From Deltaproteobacteria bacterium (GTDB lineage Bacteria; Desulfobacterota; Syntrophia; Syntrophales; UBA2210): DNA of 64,000 nucleotides. A model generated the notes under the pieces. That model had not been told where the DNA came from and did no database searches. It was given only the letters and a program-made list of their open reading frames with translations. Below, one piece after another: positions 9,643-19,627 of this stretch. Position 1 is the first letter of the stretch; the number at the start of each line of letters is the position of its first letter. The stretch covers positions 405 to 64,404 of the forward strand of contig JAFGGB010000087.1 in NCBI GenBank assembly GCA_016930775.1, given 5' to 3'. The position numbers and the translations under genes are program-made.

Positions 9643-9673
9643 CACGATCATCCGGCGTAAAGGGAGGAGAATA

Positions 9674-11368
9674 ATGAAACTATCTCACAAATTACTGATA
9701 TTGCCTGTCGCGACAGCTTTCATGCTGATCGTTCTGTCCGGCGTCTCGTACTGGGGAATGAAGAACCAGAGTCTGGCGATCGACAATATTTCACGAGTCG
9801 TCCTCGATTATGTTCAAGAGGCTAACGCCATCGACAAACTCATGTTCCGGCTCAACGCCAATGTCTACAAGGCTTTTAATTTTGCCTACATCAATGAGTC
9901 AGACAAAATTGCAGGCCAGATCAAGCTCATCTATGCCGATTACGACGAGATGCAGAAAAGAAGCGAGGCGATGAGAAAATCTGCAGAGACAGGGGCGCTC
10001 GCATCAAATAATCGATCGTCCGACAAGGCCTCGACAACTATAAGCGTGTTGACGAACCTCACGGCAACCATACAGGAATATAAGAAAATCCTCGATCAGG
10101 TCTTGAGCGCCGTCAAGGAAGGGAATCTGGGCATCGGTCTCTATCTGATATCCGAGGGAGTCGGGGCGAAATATCTCGCAGAAATATCATCGGACATCGA
10201 GAAACTGACCGTGTGGGCGAATAAGCAATCGGAAACAAGCTTCGCGAAGGCTTTGGCTTCTTATAAAATATCCATGCGAATTTTTGCGGCCGTGGCAATC
10301 TTTGCAATCGTCATTTCCATGTTCGTATCATTTCTTCTCAACCGTTCGATCACCGGCGCCATCACCAGAGCTTCAAAATCATTGAATGATTCGGCGGAAC
10401 TCATGTCCGTCTCGTCAAATGAAATCAAATGCACGAGCCAAAGTCTCGCCGAAGGCGCTTCGGAACAGGCGGCATCCATAGAAGAAACTTCATCTGCTCT
10501 TGAAGAAATGTCGTCGATGACAAAAAAGAATGCAGACAATGCTTTCGAAGCCAACCAGTTGACGAAGGAATCCATCGCCGTGGTGGAGAGGGCCAACGAA
10601 TCGTTGCGTCAGGTTACAACGTCCATGGAAGAAATATCCAAAGCGAGCAAGGAAACATCGAAAATAGTCAAAACCATCGATGATATCGCCTTCCAAACGA
10701 ATCTCCTGGCTCTGAACGCGGCCGTGGAAGCCGCCCGGGCCGGCGAGGCCGGCGCCGGCTTCGCCGTCGTGGCGGACGAGGTGAGAAACCTTGCCATGAG
10801 GGCAGCCGACGCCGCCAAAAACACCGGGCGCCTCATTGAAGGAACCGTGAACAAAATCAATGACGGGGCCAAGCTCGTCAGCGTCTCGAACGAAAATTTT
10901 GCCGATGTGTCTAAATGCACGACCAAGGTGAGCGAACTGGTCAGTGAAATCGCCGCAGCTTCGAGCGAACAGGCCCAGGGGATCGAGCAGATCAACAAGG
11001 CCGTCGTACAGGTTGACCAGGTGACGCAAAGAACGGCGGCCAGCGCCGGTGAATCGGCAAACGCATCTGAGGAAATGTTCGAACAGGCGGAACTCGTAAA
11101 GGACAATGTTCATGACCTGATGAAACTTGTCAGGGGAACCGACGGAAGAAACGGCTTCAAAGACGGAACAGGCAACGGGAAGGGGTCTATTCTGGGACTC
11201 TTCAACAAGAAAACGGCGCCGGCAGCGGTGCAGAGCCAGGCTCTTGTCTCCGACCGCCAGAAGACCGGCCGACCGGCGCCGGCCATCCGTTCTTCGCAAA
11301 TAAAGCAAAAAGAAATTTCGCCTGAAGAAATCATTCCTCTGGAGGGAGATGATTTTAAAGACTTCTGA
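9674..11368 (+). CDS. methyl-accepting chemotaxis protein
   Basis: An N-terminal TM helix, a periplasmic helical domain, a second TM helix and a HAMP domain. The conserved signalling hairpin reads IDDIAFQTNLLALNAAVEAARAGEAGAGFAVVADEVRNLA. A strong SD (GGGAGGAG) precedes the ATG. Confidence 0.92.
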   Translation: MKLSHKLLILPVATAFMLIVLSGVSYWGMKNQSLAIDNISRVVLDYVQEANAIDKLMFRLNANVYKAFNFAYINESDKIAGQIKLIYADYDEMQKRSEAMRKSAETGALASNNRSSDKASTTISVLTNLTATIQEYKKILDQVLSAVKEGNLGIGLYLISEGVGAKYLAEISSDIEKLTVWANKQSETSFAKALASYKISMRIFAAVAIFAIVISMFVSFLLNRSITGAITRASKSLNDSAELMSVSSNEIKCTSQSLAEGASEQAASIEETSSALEEMSSMTKKNADNAFEANQLTKESIAVVERANESLRQVTTSMEEISKASKETSKIVKTIDDIAFQTNLLALNAAVEAARAGEAGAGFAVVADEVRNLAMRAADAAKNTGRLIEGTVNKINDGAKLVSVSNENFADVSKCTTKVSELVSEIAAASSEQAQGIEQINKAVVQVDQVTQRTAASAGESANASEEMFEQAELVKDNVHDLMKLVRGTDGRNGFKDGTGNGKGSILGLFNKKTAPAAVQSQALVSDRQKTGRPAPAIRSSQIKQKEISPEEIIPLEGDDFKDF

Positions 11369-11397
11369 TTCTATCGAACAGAGGTTATAGAACTGCG

Positions 11398-11425
11398 ACC
11401 GGGCCTTTGGGCCCGGTTTTATTTT
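11398..11425 (+). terminator. rho-independent terminator of the MCP gene
   Basis: ACCGGGCC-TTTG-GGCCCGGT perfect 8-bp GC-rich stem followed by TTTTATTTT. Confidence 0.8.
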
Positions 11426-11507
11426 GCAGTCTTAATTTTGCAGTCTTGAGCAAGGCGTTCTCATCGGGTATAGTGTATGCGATTTTAAGATCCTCACGAG
11501 GGGCATT

Positions 11508-12149
11508 ATGACTGAAACGGAACCGACTATAGAATGGCTGGGACACGCAAGTTTTCGCATAGAGAGCAAAGGAATGGTCATCTACATCGATCCGTGGCAA
11601 ACAGCGACGGACCGAAGAGGCGATCTCATCCTCATAACTCATGACCACCACGACCACTGCTCTCCCGATGACGTGGCTCGTCTCAGGAGCAAAGATACGA
11701 TTATCGTAGCGCCGCCCTCGGCGGCGGCAAAACTTCCGGGACCTGTCCGGACTATACGGCCGGGAGAGCGCCTCGCCTTGAAAGGAATAGAGATTGAAGC
11801 GACTCCTGCATACAACCTGAACAAGTTTCGCAGCCCGGGCGTTCCGTTCCATTCCAGGGAAGCGGGCAATGTGGGATACGTGGCCACCCTGGACGGCATG
11901 CGCATTTATCACTCAGGGGATAGCGACGTTATTCCGGAAATGTCATCCATACATGCCGACATTGCTCTTCTTCCGGTCAGCGGGATCTACGTCATGACGG
12001 CCGACGAGGCGGTAAGAGCGGCTGAACTGATAAAACCCAAAAAGGTCATCCCCATGCACGTCGGCCGCGGCATAGGAACTCTAGACGATCGCGACAGCTT
12101 CAGGCAAAATGCCTCTGTTCCTGTAATAATCCTCCCTCTGGTTAAATGA
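11508..12149 (+). CDS. MBL-fold metallo-hydrolase
   Basis: 213 aa with the HxHxDH motif (ITHDHHDHC) and downstream His/Asp ligands (YHSGDS, IPMHVG). Confidence 0.8.
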   Translation: MTETEPTIEWLGHASFRIESKGMVIYIDPWQTATDRRGDLILITHDHHDHCSPDDVARLRSKDTIIVAPPSAAAKLPGPVRTIRPGERLALKGIEIEATPAYNLNKFRSPGVPFHSREAGNVGYVATLDGMRIYHSGDSDVIPEMSSIHADIALLPVSGIYVMTADEAVRAAELIKPKKVIPMHVGRGIGTLDDRDSFRQNASVPVIILPLVK

Positions 12150-12302
12150 GAAGCTCTCTGCATCGACCATGTTTCATGCGCGTTTGCCAACAGGCTTGAC
12201 CTTGCATTCAGAATGTAAAAAGCGTTGGACGCACTGCACTAGTTGAAATCGCTTATTCGCTAGAGATCCGGCGCCCCAAGCACGGAGGACGCAAAGCATA
12301 AT

Positions 12303-12641
12303 ATGGCAGTTAAAGTGATGATCCAGCGGATCGTTCCGCCGGAACGAGAGCAGGAACTGCTGGCACTGACCATGAAGCTCCGCGTCAAGGCCTCTCGGCA
12401 GCCGGGGTACATATCGGGCGAAACGCTGAGAAGCGTCAACGATCCGTCCGTCTCCCTCGTAGTGAGCACGTGGCAAACCCTTGAAGATTGGAACGAGTGG
12501 GTCAACAGTAAAGACCGGCAGGAGATCCAGAGAAAAATCGACACGCTCCTTGAGCGTAAAACGCTCTATGAAACGTATTTTCATCCCAATGCGCTGAGCA
12601 GAACTTCGCAGGATTCAATCATGGGGCTTGGCGCCCCTTGA
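12303..12641 (+). CDS. antibiotic-biosynthesis-monooxygenase (ABM, ferredoxin-like) domain protein
   Basis: 112 aa with the typical ABM pattern: GYISGETLRSVNDPSVSLVVSTWQTLEDWNEWVNS. Confidence 0.7.
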   Translation: MAVKVMIQRIVPPEREQELLALTMKLRVKASRQPGYISGETLRSVNDPSVSLVVSTWQTLEDWNEWVNSKDRQEIQRKIDTLLERKTLYETYFHPNALSRTSQDSIMGLGAP

Positions 12642-12652
12642 CTACGGCTGTT

Positions 12653-12692
12653 TCAAGAAAGGCGAGAGCCCCGGCGTCCCGCAGGGGATGCC
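12653..12692. terminator. bidirectional hairpin between the convergent ABM gene and ppdK
   Basis: CGAGAGCCCCGGC ... GCCGGGGCTCTCG is a perfect 13-bp stem, and the 14-nt loop can pair further (TCCC/GGGA). It sits between the two stop codons. Confidence 0.7.
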
Positions 12693-12707
12693 GGGGCTCT
12701 CGGTTGA

Positions 12708-15500
12708 TTATATCGAGTACTCTTGCTCGTTCAGTTTGGCATGGGCGGCGGCGAGCCGGGCAATGGGCACGCGGGGCGACGAGCAGGAAACATAGCTCAT
12801 GCCGATGTGGTGGCAGAACATGATCGCGTCGGGATGGCCGCCGTGTTCCCCGCAGATCCCCACGCTCATCTCCGGGCGAGTCTTCCGAGCCCACTCTATG
12901 GTGATGCGCATGAGCCGACCAACTCCCTTGATGTCCAGCACCTCGAAAGGATTGTGCTGCAGAATCCCCCGATCCTCGTAGAGCGGCAAAAATTTGTTCT
13001 CCGCATCCTCCCGCGAAAAGGAAAAGGTAGCCTGGGTCAGATCGTTGGTCCCGAAAGATATGAACTCCGCAAGCCCCGCTATTCGTCCCGCCCGCATGCA
13101 GGCCCGGACCACCTCGATCATCGTCCCGAACTTGTAGCGCACGGTCATGCCGTACTGCTTCTCCACTTCCTTGTGAATCTGTTCCACATACCGGTGGACC
13201 CACTGCAGTTCCGCCAGTGTGCAGACCTGGGGTATCATGATCTCCGGTACGATGTCGCCTCCCGCGGTTATGTGTTCCGCCGCCGCCTCCAGGATCGCCC
13301 TGATCTGCATCGCGTAGATTTCGGGGTAGGTAATGCCCAGGCGGACTCCCCGATGGCCCAGCATGGGATTCGTCTCGGCAAGGTTCCTGACTTTCTTCAA
13401 AACCGTCTCTTTCGCCTCGATCATCTGCTCCGCCAGGTTCTTCCCCTTCACTTTTTCCAGGTTCTTCGCAACGCTCTCCAGGGTGTCCGCGTATTTGGCA
13501 TAGAGCTTCGGATCCAGCAACAGCAGCGTGTCCGGCAGATCGGCAAGCCCTTCAACGGTGCGCTGCAGCTCCTTTAAGTGGTTGATCTCCCGCTGAATCT
13601 CGTCAGCCGAGGGCAAAAACTCATGGATCGGCGGATCCAGAAGCCTCACCGCCACGGGACGGCCGTCCATGATGTGGAATATCTCTTTCAGGTCGTTCCG
13701 CTGGAAAGGCAGCAGCCGGTCCAGCGCCGCCTGACGCTCCTGCGTCGTGTCCGCCAGAATCATCTCCCGAACGATGGGCAATCGGTCCGGCTGGTTGAAC
13801 ATCCGCTCCGTCCGGCACAGCCCGATCCCCACGGCCCCAAATTTCAGCGCGCGGGCCGCCTGTTCCGGCGTGTCCGCATTGGCTCGCACTCTAAGCTCGC
13901 TGATGTCGTCCGCCCACTCGAGCAAAACCAGCATGTCGTCCACAAACTCCGGCTCGATCATCGGAACCTCGCCGGCATAGACGTTCCCAGTCGTCCCGTC
14001 GATCGTGATGACGTCCCCCTCCTTGAACGCAACTCCACCCACCCGAGCCTCCCGGCTCGCATGGTCGATCTCGATGGCCTCGCAGCCCGAAACGCAGGCC
14101 TTGCCCATGCTCCGCGCAACAACGGCCGCGTGCGAGGTCTTCCCGCCCCGGCTCGTCAAGATCCCCTGCGCCGCAAAAAAGCCGTGGATGTCCTCGGGCT
14201 TCGTCTCTTCCCGAACCAATATCACTTTCTCTCCCAGCTTGCCCTTGCTCTCCGCACGGTCCGCATCAAACACCACTTTCCCCGAGGCCGCACCCGGAGA
14301 CGCCGGAAGTCCCTGGGCCAGCACGGCGTTCGTCGACTGCGGATCGATCTGCCGGTGAAGAACCTGGGCGAGCATCTCCGGCTTCACGCGCAGCAGCGCC
14401 TCGCGTTCCGATATGAGGCCCTCGTTGAACATGTCGATGGACGTCTTGATGAAGGCCGAGGCGTTCATCTTCGCGTCTCTGGTCTGCAACACATGAAGCT
14501 TCCCCTGTTCAACGGTGAATTCCAGGTCCTGGACCTCCCGGTAGTGCTGTTCCAGCGTGTGCCGAAGGTTCTCCAGTTCGCAGTACACTTCGGGCATCTC
14601 ACGCCGAAGCGTCTTGATCGGCTTCGGAGTCCGAATCCCCGCCACGACGTCCTCCCCCTGGGCGTTGATCAAATACTCCCCGAAAAACCGGTTCTCCCCC
14701 GTCGCCGGGTCGCGCGTAAAGGCAACGCCCGTGGCGCTCTCGGCGCCGCGGTTCCCAAATACCATGGTGCATACGTTCACGGCCGTGCCGTCCGCTATGT
14801 CCGCCGTGATCCCGAACTGCTTCCGGTAGTCAACTGCTCGTTTCCCCATCCAGGACCGCAATACCGCCTCGACGGCCAGTTCCAACTGCTCGTACGGATC
14901 CTGCGGAAAGGGGCTTCCCGTCTCCTGCTCGTACACCTGCAAAAACTGCTTCGTTATCTCCCGCAACGCACCGGCATCCAGGTCCACGTCCGCCTTCGCG
15001 TAAAACTTCTTCTTCGCCTTCTCAAAAATCCCGTTAAACTTCTCGTGGGATATCCCCACGCACACGGTCCCGAACAACTGGATCAGCCGACGGTATAAAT
15101 CGTACACAAACCGCTCGTCGCCCGTCTGGTCCACCAGTCCCGCCGCCGTCTGGTCCGTCAGGCCTAGGTTCAATATCGTGTCCATCATGCCCGGCATCGA
15201 CACCGCCGAACCAGATCGAACCGACACCAGCAAGCAGTCCTCTCTCCTGCCAAATCCCTTGCCCGTCCGCTTCTCCAGCTCCTCCATCGCTCCGCGCACC
15301 TGCTCCACCAGCTCCGCCGCCAATCCCTTCTTCTTCTGCCCAAGGTAGGCCTTGCACGCCTCCGTCGTTATCACAAATCCCGGCGGCACTGGCAATCCGA
15401 TCTGCGTCATCTCGCACAGGTTCGCTCCCTTGCCGCCCAATAACTTCTTGTTCTTGCTGTCGCCTTCATTAAAAAAATAAATGAATCGCTTCTCTTTCAT
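12708..15500 (-). CDS. ppdK: pyruvate, phosphate dikinase
   Basis: 930 aa. The N-terminus reads FIYFFNEGDSKNKKLLGGKGANLCEM. The phosphohistidine region is GILTSRGGKTSHAAVVARSMGK. A C-terminal PEP-utilising TIM-barrel region includes FISFGTNDLTQ. Confidence 0.95.
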   Translation of the reverse strand: MKEKRFIYFFNEGDSKNKKLLGGKGANLCEMTQIGLPVPPGFVITTEACKAYLGQKKKGLAAELVEQVRGAMEELEKRTGKGFGRREDCLLVSVRSGSAVSMPGMMDTILNLGLTDQTAAGLVDQTGDERFVYDLYRRLIQLFGTVCVGISHEKFNGIFEKAKKKFYAKADVDLDAGALREITKQFLQVYEQETGSPFPQDPYEQLELAVEAVLRSWMGKRAVDYRKQFGITADIADGTAVNVCTMVFGNRGAESATGVAFTRDPATGENRFFGEYLINAQGEDVVAGIRTPKPIKTLRREMPEVYCELENLRHTLEQHYREVQDLEFTVEQGKLHVLQTRDAKMNASAFIKTSIDMFNEGLISEREALLRVKPEMLAQVLHRQIDPQSTNAVLAQGLPASPGAASGKVVFDADRAESKGKLGEKVILVREETKPEDIHGFFAAQGILTSRGGKTSHAAVVARSMGKACVSGCEAIEIDHASREARVGGVAFKEGDVITIDGTTGNVYAGEVPMIEPEFVDDMLVLLEWADDISELRVRANADTPEQAARALKFGAVGIGLCRTERMFNQPDRLPIVREMILADTTQERQAALDRLLPFQRNDLKEIFHIMDGRPVAVRLLDPPIHEFLPSADEIQREINHLKELQRTVEGLADLPDTLLLLDPKLYAKYADTLESVAKNLEKVKGKNLAEQMIEAKETVLKKVRNLAETNPMLGHRGVRLGITYPEIYAMQIRAILEAAAEHITAGGDIVPEIMIPQVCTLAELQWVHRYVEQIHKEVEKQYGMTVRYKFGTMIEVVRACMRAGRIAGLAEFISFGTNDLTQATFSFSREDAENKFLPLYEDRGILQHNPFEVLDIKGVGRLMRITIEWARKTRPEMSVGICGEHGGHPDAIMFCHHIGMSYVSCSSPRVPIARLAAAHAKLNEQEYSI

Positions 15501-15798
15501 CTGGCTCCTTCTCCTTGCATCGTCTCTGCAATACTGCCGTACCTAATACAGCGTTCAAAACAAGAGGCTGCTTTTCGTAATGGGGTTCACCACTCTATCC
15601 GTCGGACATTCCTGCGGCGCGACGGATTGCCGTATATTCGGCCTCTACGGTTGGGCATACTGTCCATAAATTATTTTTCTTTTACTATATCCAGTTTTTG
15701 CCTATGAAGAAAGATTATTCCGTTTGCGTGGGCGCCGGATAATCCTCACACGACCTTCGCTTCCGAATTCGATTATTAATAACAAGGATCCCTTCCAT

Positions 15799-16098
15799 TC
15801 AGAGCCGTTGCAGCATTTTATTTGTACGATTCGTCAATCGTTGATGAAGGGGCGGAGTTAAGTTCCGCCCCTTCCGGCCGCCGCCGCAGAGAATCATTCT
15901 CAGGATCAAGATGCTGATGCCGGACAATATTCCAGACACCCGCGTGGACGAGGTGAAGGCGAGAAGGGCGGTCGGCGCATCCCTGTTGGATAACTGCGAC
16001 AGGCGCTCGGCAGTGCGAGTCGCTGCCGCCATAAAGAGGGCGTTAATGCCATGTTTCATCATAATAGACAGAGCCGGTCCCACATAACCTCTCTTCAC
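15799..16098 (-). CDS. hypothetical protein (weak call)
   Basis: 99-aa ORF in the otherwise empty 820-bp gap between the response regulator and ppdK. Third-codon positions look coding-like. No motif was recognised, and the GC-rich hairpin at 15846-15874 lies inside its 3' end. Confidence 0.2.
   Translation of the reverse strand: MKRGYVGPALSIMMKHGINALFMAAATRTAERLSQLSNRDAPTALLAFTSSTRVSGILSGISILILRMILCGGGRKGRNLTPPLHQRLTNRTNKMLQRL
15846..15874. other. perfect 11-bp GC-rich hairpin
   Basis: GAAGGGGCGGA-GTTAAGT-TCCGCCCCTTC. There is no adjacent T run on either strand. Confidence 0.6.
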
Positions 16099-16322
16099 TT
16101 ATCGGCGACCCGTCCGTTTCCGGGAAGGAACCGAACGCCCCGTCGCACGGTGCTCCACCGCGCTCGCCGAATAAACGGAAGATACTTACAACTCGAAGTT
16201 AGCAGTGATTGCTTTCAAATATGGCGCCAGAAGGGCCAAAAATCGGCACAAATTATTCCCGTGCCAAATCAAACGGTTGGAGGTGCATCGCCGTTCGGTG
16301 ATAGTCGTGTTCTTTCGGCCGC

Positions 16323-17735
16323 TCAGTATCTTGACCCATATCCACCACCTGGTGGTGGATAACGCCCAGGAAGAGAGATGCCGTGTTTTTCCATTCTGTA
16401 CCTCATGGTATTGCGACTGATCTTTAGAAACTGCGCCGCCTTGGATTGATTGTAGTTCGCCTTTTTAAGCGCCATGAGTATCAAATCTTTTTCAATCGCC
16501 TCGAGGGACACCCCGTCGCCGGGTATGCCAAACCCCTCCGGTGAAATATTGTGAGCCGTTTTCCTGGAATCGAGCAATAGCTCTCCCGGAGTTACCTCGC
16601 GGCCGCTGCAGAGTATCATGGCCCTTTCGAGGGCGTTCTGAAGCTCACGAACATTGCCAGGCCAATTGTGAGCTACGAGCAATTCCATGGCCTCGGGGGA
16701 AATGGTCCACACCTGCTTGCCCATCGCTTCCGACAACTTCTTTACAAAGTGGTCTGCAAGCAGAGGAATGTCTTCCCTGCGCTCCCGCAGGGGGCGAAGA
16801 TTGATGGGAAAGATGTTCAATCGATAAAAAAGATCGTTCCGGAACGTCCCCTTTTCCACCATGTCTGCAAGATTGTGATTTGTCGCCGCGATTACGCGGA
16901 CATCTACCTTTCTGGTCTTTGTGTCGCCAAGCCTCTCAAAGGATCGTTCCTCCAGGACGCGAAGCATTTTTACCTGCAGCTCATGACTCATGTCACCTAT
17001 CTCATCGAGAAACAGCGACCCGCTGTCGGCCAGTTCGAACCTTCCCGGTTTTTGCTTGTAGGCCCCCGTGTAGGCGCCTTTTTCATGACCGAACAATTCA
17101 CTTTCCAGGAGATTCACCGGCAAGGCGCCGCAGTTGAAGGCGATAAAGGGCCGCGGCGCCCGAGGGCTGTTGTAATGGATTACCTTGGCAATCAGTTCCT
17201 TGCCCGTGCCGCTCTCCCCTTGTATCAACACGGTGGAAGCTGTCTCGGCCACCTTGGCCGCAAGCTCCCGGACGGTTTGTATGTGCTGCGAATTGCCGAT
17301 GACGGACTTGAAGGGATAATGCCGTCCTATGGCCTCGCGGAGGTAGCGATTCTCATCCTTCAGCCGGGAAAAATCAATAGCCTTTGCAACGGTGATCCTG
17401 ATCTCCTCCCTCTCGAAGGGCTTTGTAATGTAATCGAAGGCGCCGTTTTTCATCGCCGAAACAGCCGATTCCACGCTTCCATAGGCTGTTATGACGATAA
17501 CCGGGACGTTTGGATTCTTCCCCGAAATCAGCCGAAGGAGCTCCATGCCGTCCATGTCCTGCATTTTCAAGTCGGTCAACACAATTCTATAGCAGTTCTT
17601 CTGAAATTTAGTCCATGCCTCCTCGCCGCTCGTAGCAAGATCAATATCGTACTCGGGACTCTGCAATATTATCTGGAGGATGCGGCGCATTTTCGCTTCG
17701 TCGTCAACAATCAAAATTTTACTTCTATCGGTCAT
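16323..17735 (-). CDS. sigma-54-dependent response regulator (NtrC/AtoC type)
   Basis: Receiver domain (ILIVDDE...DLKMQDMDG), AAA+ sigma-54 activator core (GESGTGKE, the GAFTGA-like HEKGAYTGA, and RNDLFYRL) and a C-terminal Fis-type HTH. SD GAGGAGG. Confidence 0.92.
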   Translation of the reverse strand: MTDRSKILIVDDEAKMRRILQIILQSPEYDIDLATSGEEAWTKFQKNCYRIVLTDLKMQDMDGMELLRLISGKNPNVPVIVITAYGSVESAVSAMKNGAFDYITKPFEREEIRITVAKAIDFSRLKDENRYLREAIGRHYPFKSVIGNSQHIQTVRELAAKVAETASTVLIQGESGTGKELIAKVIHYNSPRAPRPFIAFNCGALPVNLLESELFGHEKGAYTGAYKQKPGRFELADSGSLFLDEIGDMSHELQVKMLRVLEERSFERLGDTKTRKVDVRVIAATNHNLADMVEKGTFRNDLFYRLNIFPINLRPLRERREDIPLLADHFVKKLSEAMGKQVWTISPEAMELLVAHNWPGNVRELQNALERAMILCSGREVTPGELLLDSRKTAHNISPEGFGIPGDGVSLEAIEKDLILMALKKANYNQSKAAQFLKISRNTMRYRMEKHGISLPGRYPPPGGGYGSRY

Positions 17736-17750
17736 GCAGAAGCTCCTCCT

Positions 17751-19580
17751 CTATGAAACAGGGAAAGTCATGATGAATCGCGTGCCGATTCCGGGACGAC
17801 TTTTCACCGATATTCCCGCATGATGCTGTTCCATTATTCGATATACGGCGGACAACCCCAGACCGGTTCCTTCGGCTTTCGTCGTAAAAAAAGGATTGAA
17901 TATCTTCGATAAATTTTCAGGTTCTATGCCGGAACCGTTGTCTTCAAATTCCACAACGACGCACTTTAGATTATTGCCCGGCGCTGCGCCCTGAGATCCC
18001 CTTAGATTCCAGGCTCTCGGATCCTCTCCATTCAGCTTCGTGGATATTTTGAGATGGCCGCCTCCCGGCATGGCTTCGGAGGCATTGATTATTATATTCA
18101 TGACGGATTGTTTGATAAGGGATTTATCGAGACGCACCATCGGCAGATTTGAGGCGAATTCGCCCATTATTTCCATCTGTTTCAGTTCCACTCGCCGTGA
18201 TTCCCAAAATTTAATTCTCTCGGACAAAAGAGCGTTCAGATCAACATCTTCAAAGTTCAAGGGCATAGGCTTTGCGTAGGTCAGGAGCTCTTGGGTCCTC
18301 ACGGCCAGGTTGTTGACTTCTTCTATGATATAGTGGGCGACTTCCTTCTTCGTCTCCTGTTCTGCCTCTTCATCCACAAGAATCTGAGCAGAGCCCTTGA
18401 TGATTCCCAAGGGATTTTTAATTTCATGGGCTATGCGGGCCGTCAATTCGCCCATGGCGGCCATGCGCTCCTTCTGGGCAAGCCTTTCGTAGGTCCGTCG
18501 CAATTCCTCTTTATTGTCCTTCAGGGAAAGGGCCATTTTATTGAAAGACTTCGCCATGCTGGTAAATTCTGACGTTGACTTCAGGGAAATTGTCCGATTG
18601 AGGTCTCCGGCCGCCACCGCTTCCATGGTTTTTTTAAACTGATTGATAGGCTTCGTCACAAAACCGGTGACGATGAGAGCAACCGTCGAGGCGATCAGAA
18701 ACGAAATGACGATCGTGATGAAAATAACGATATCTCTCACCCTGTCGGAGGGTGCGAAGATTTCATCGACCGGTGCGTTAATCCCGATAATCAGACCCGT
18801 CAGCCGTTCTTCTTTGAAAGCGCCGATGAAATTGACCCCTTCGTAATCGTATCTCATGACACCGCTTTTCATCTTCAGGATCTTTTTCCCCTGGGGGAAA
18901 TCGCTGAAATCGGCCTTCATAACTTTCGTTGTGTCCGGATGAGCGATCACCAGACCGTCGCTCCGCAATATATAAGCATATCCCGTTTTAGAGAGTTTAA
19001 TGGGATCGACGTATTGGGATGAGAAATACGTTAAATCTATGCTCGATGCAAAAACGCCCCTTATCCGCTCGCCGCTCCAAACGGGCGCCGCAATAACGAG
19101 AGTTGGCTTGCCCTTTATGCCGGCAAAAATATCCGATACGAAAATATGTCCCAGCGATGCCGAAAGGAAAAAAGCCTCCTGAGACATGTTGCTCGAAAAT
19201 ATCGATCCGTCACCCGAAGAGACAATGACGTCGCCGTCAATATCGCACAGGTACAGCGCCTCGTAAAACCCATATTCGTCTCTCAATCTGGCCAGCATCG
19301 GTTTCGCAGCTTTCCGCGCCGCTTTGCCGAGGAACGATTCCGGTATGGCGTCGCAGATTATGTCGAAACGGCTCCACCGCTGAATGTCGATTTTGTTTCG
19401 TTCAATCCACGATGCAAGCATCGTCGACAAAGATTCGGCAATCTGGGTCATTTGGCTCTTGATGGCCGATTCCACCTCGGTCGTCGAGCTGTAATAGGTG
19501 CTGTAGGACGACAACAGTACGCCGAAAACAAACAGCATGATCGTCGGTCCAATGAATTTTTGGCGAAGCGTCCCTTTCAT
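17751..19580 (-). CDS. sensor histidine kinase with periplasmic Cache-like domain and HAMP
   Basis: A TM helix, a ~270-aa extracytoplasmic domain, a second TM helix and a HAMP domain. H-box ELTARIAHEIKNPL, N-box INASEAM and G-boxes FEDNGSGI and GTGLGL. Confidence 0.9.
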   Translation of the reverse strand: MKGTLRQKFIGPTIMLFVFGVLLSSYSTYYSSTTEVESAIKSQMTQIAESLSTMLASWIERNKIDIQRWSRFDIICDAIPESFLGKAARKAAKPMLARLRDEYGFYEALYLCDIDGDVIVSSGDGSIFSSNMSQEAFFLSASLGHIFVSDIFAGIKGKPTLVIAAPVWSGERIRGVFASSIDLTYFSSQYVDPIKLSKTGYAYILRSDGLVIAHPDTTKVMKADFSDFPQGKKILKMKSGVMRYDYEGVNFIGAFKEERLTGLIIGINAPVDEIFAPSDRVRDIVIFITIVISFLIASTVALIVTGFVTKPINQFKKTMEAVAAGDLNRTISLKSTSEFTSMAKSFNKMALSLKDNKEELRRTYERLAQKERMAAMGELTARIAHEIKNPLGIIKGSAQILVDEEAEQETKKEVAHYIIEEVNNLAVRTQELLTYAKPMPLNFEDVDLNALLSERIKFWESRRVELKQMEIMGEFASNLPMVRLDKSLIKQSVMNIIINASEAMPGGGHLKISTKLNGEDPRAWNLRGSQGAAPGNNLKCVVVEFEDNGSGIEPENLSKIFNPFFTTKAEGTGLGLSAVYRIMEQHHAGISVKSRPGIGTRFIMTFPVS

Positions 19581-19627
19581 GCCCTACCTTGCCTTGCACG
19601 ACAACCGTTCATGGCCGCCATCGCTGT

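Noticed and set aside
12174-12584. 136-aa minus-strand ORF overlapping the ABM gene.
   Set aside because: The + strand ABM-domain frame has a clear family pattern, and the minus-strand frame has none.
12723-15098. Two long + strand ORFs (284 and 506 aa) opposite ppdK.
   Set aside because: They exactly shadow the 930-aa ppdK frame. Their translations are low-complexity and R/P/L/H-rich with no motifs, whereas ppdK has unambiguous family motifs. They are typical antisense ORFs in GC-rich coding DNA.
16668-17756. 362-aa + strand ORF opposite the sigma-54 response regulator.
   Set aside because: It is antisense to a gene with a complete receiver/AAA+/HTH architecture, and its translation has no recognisable domain.
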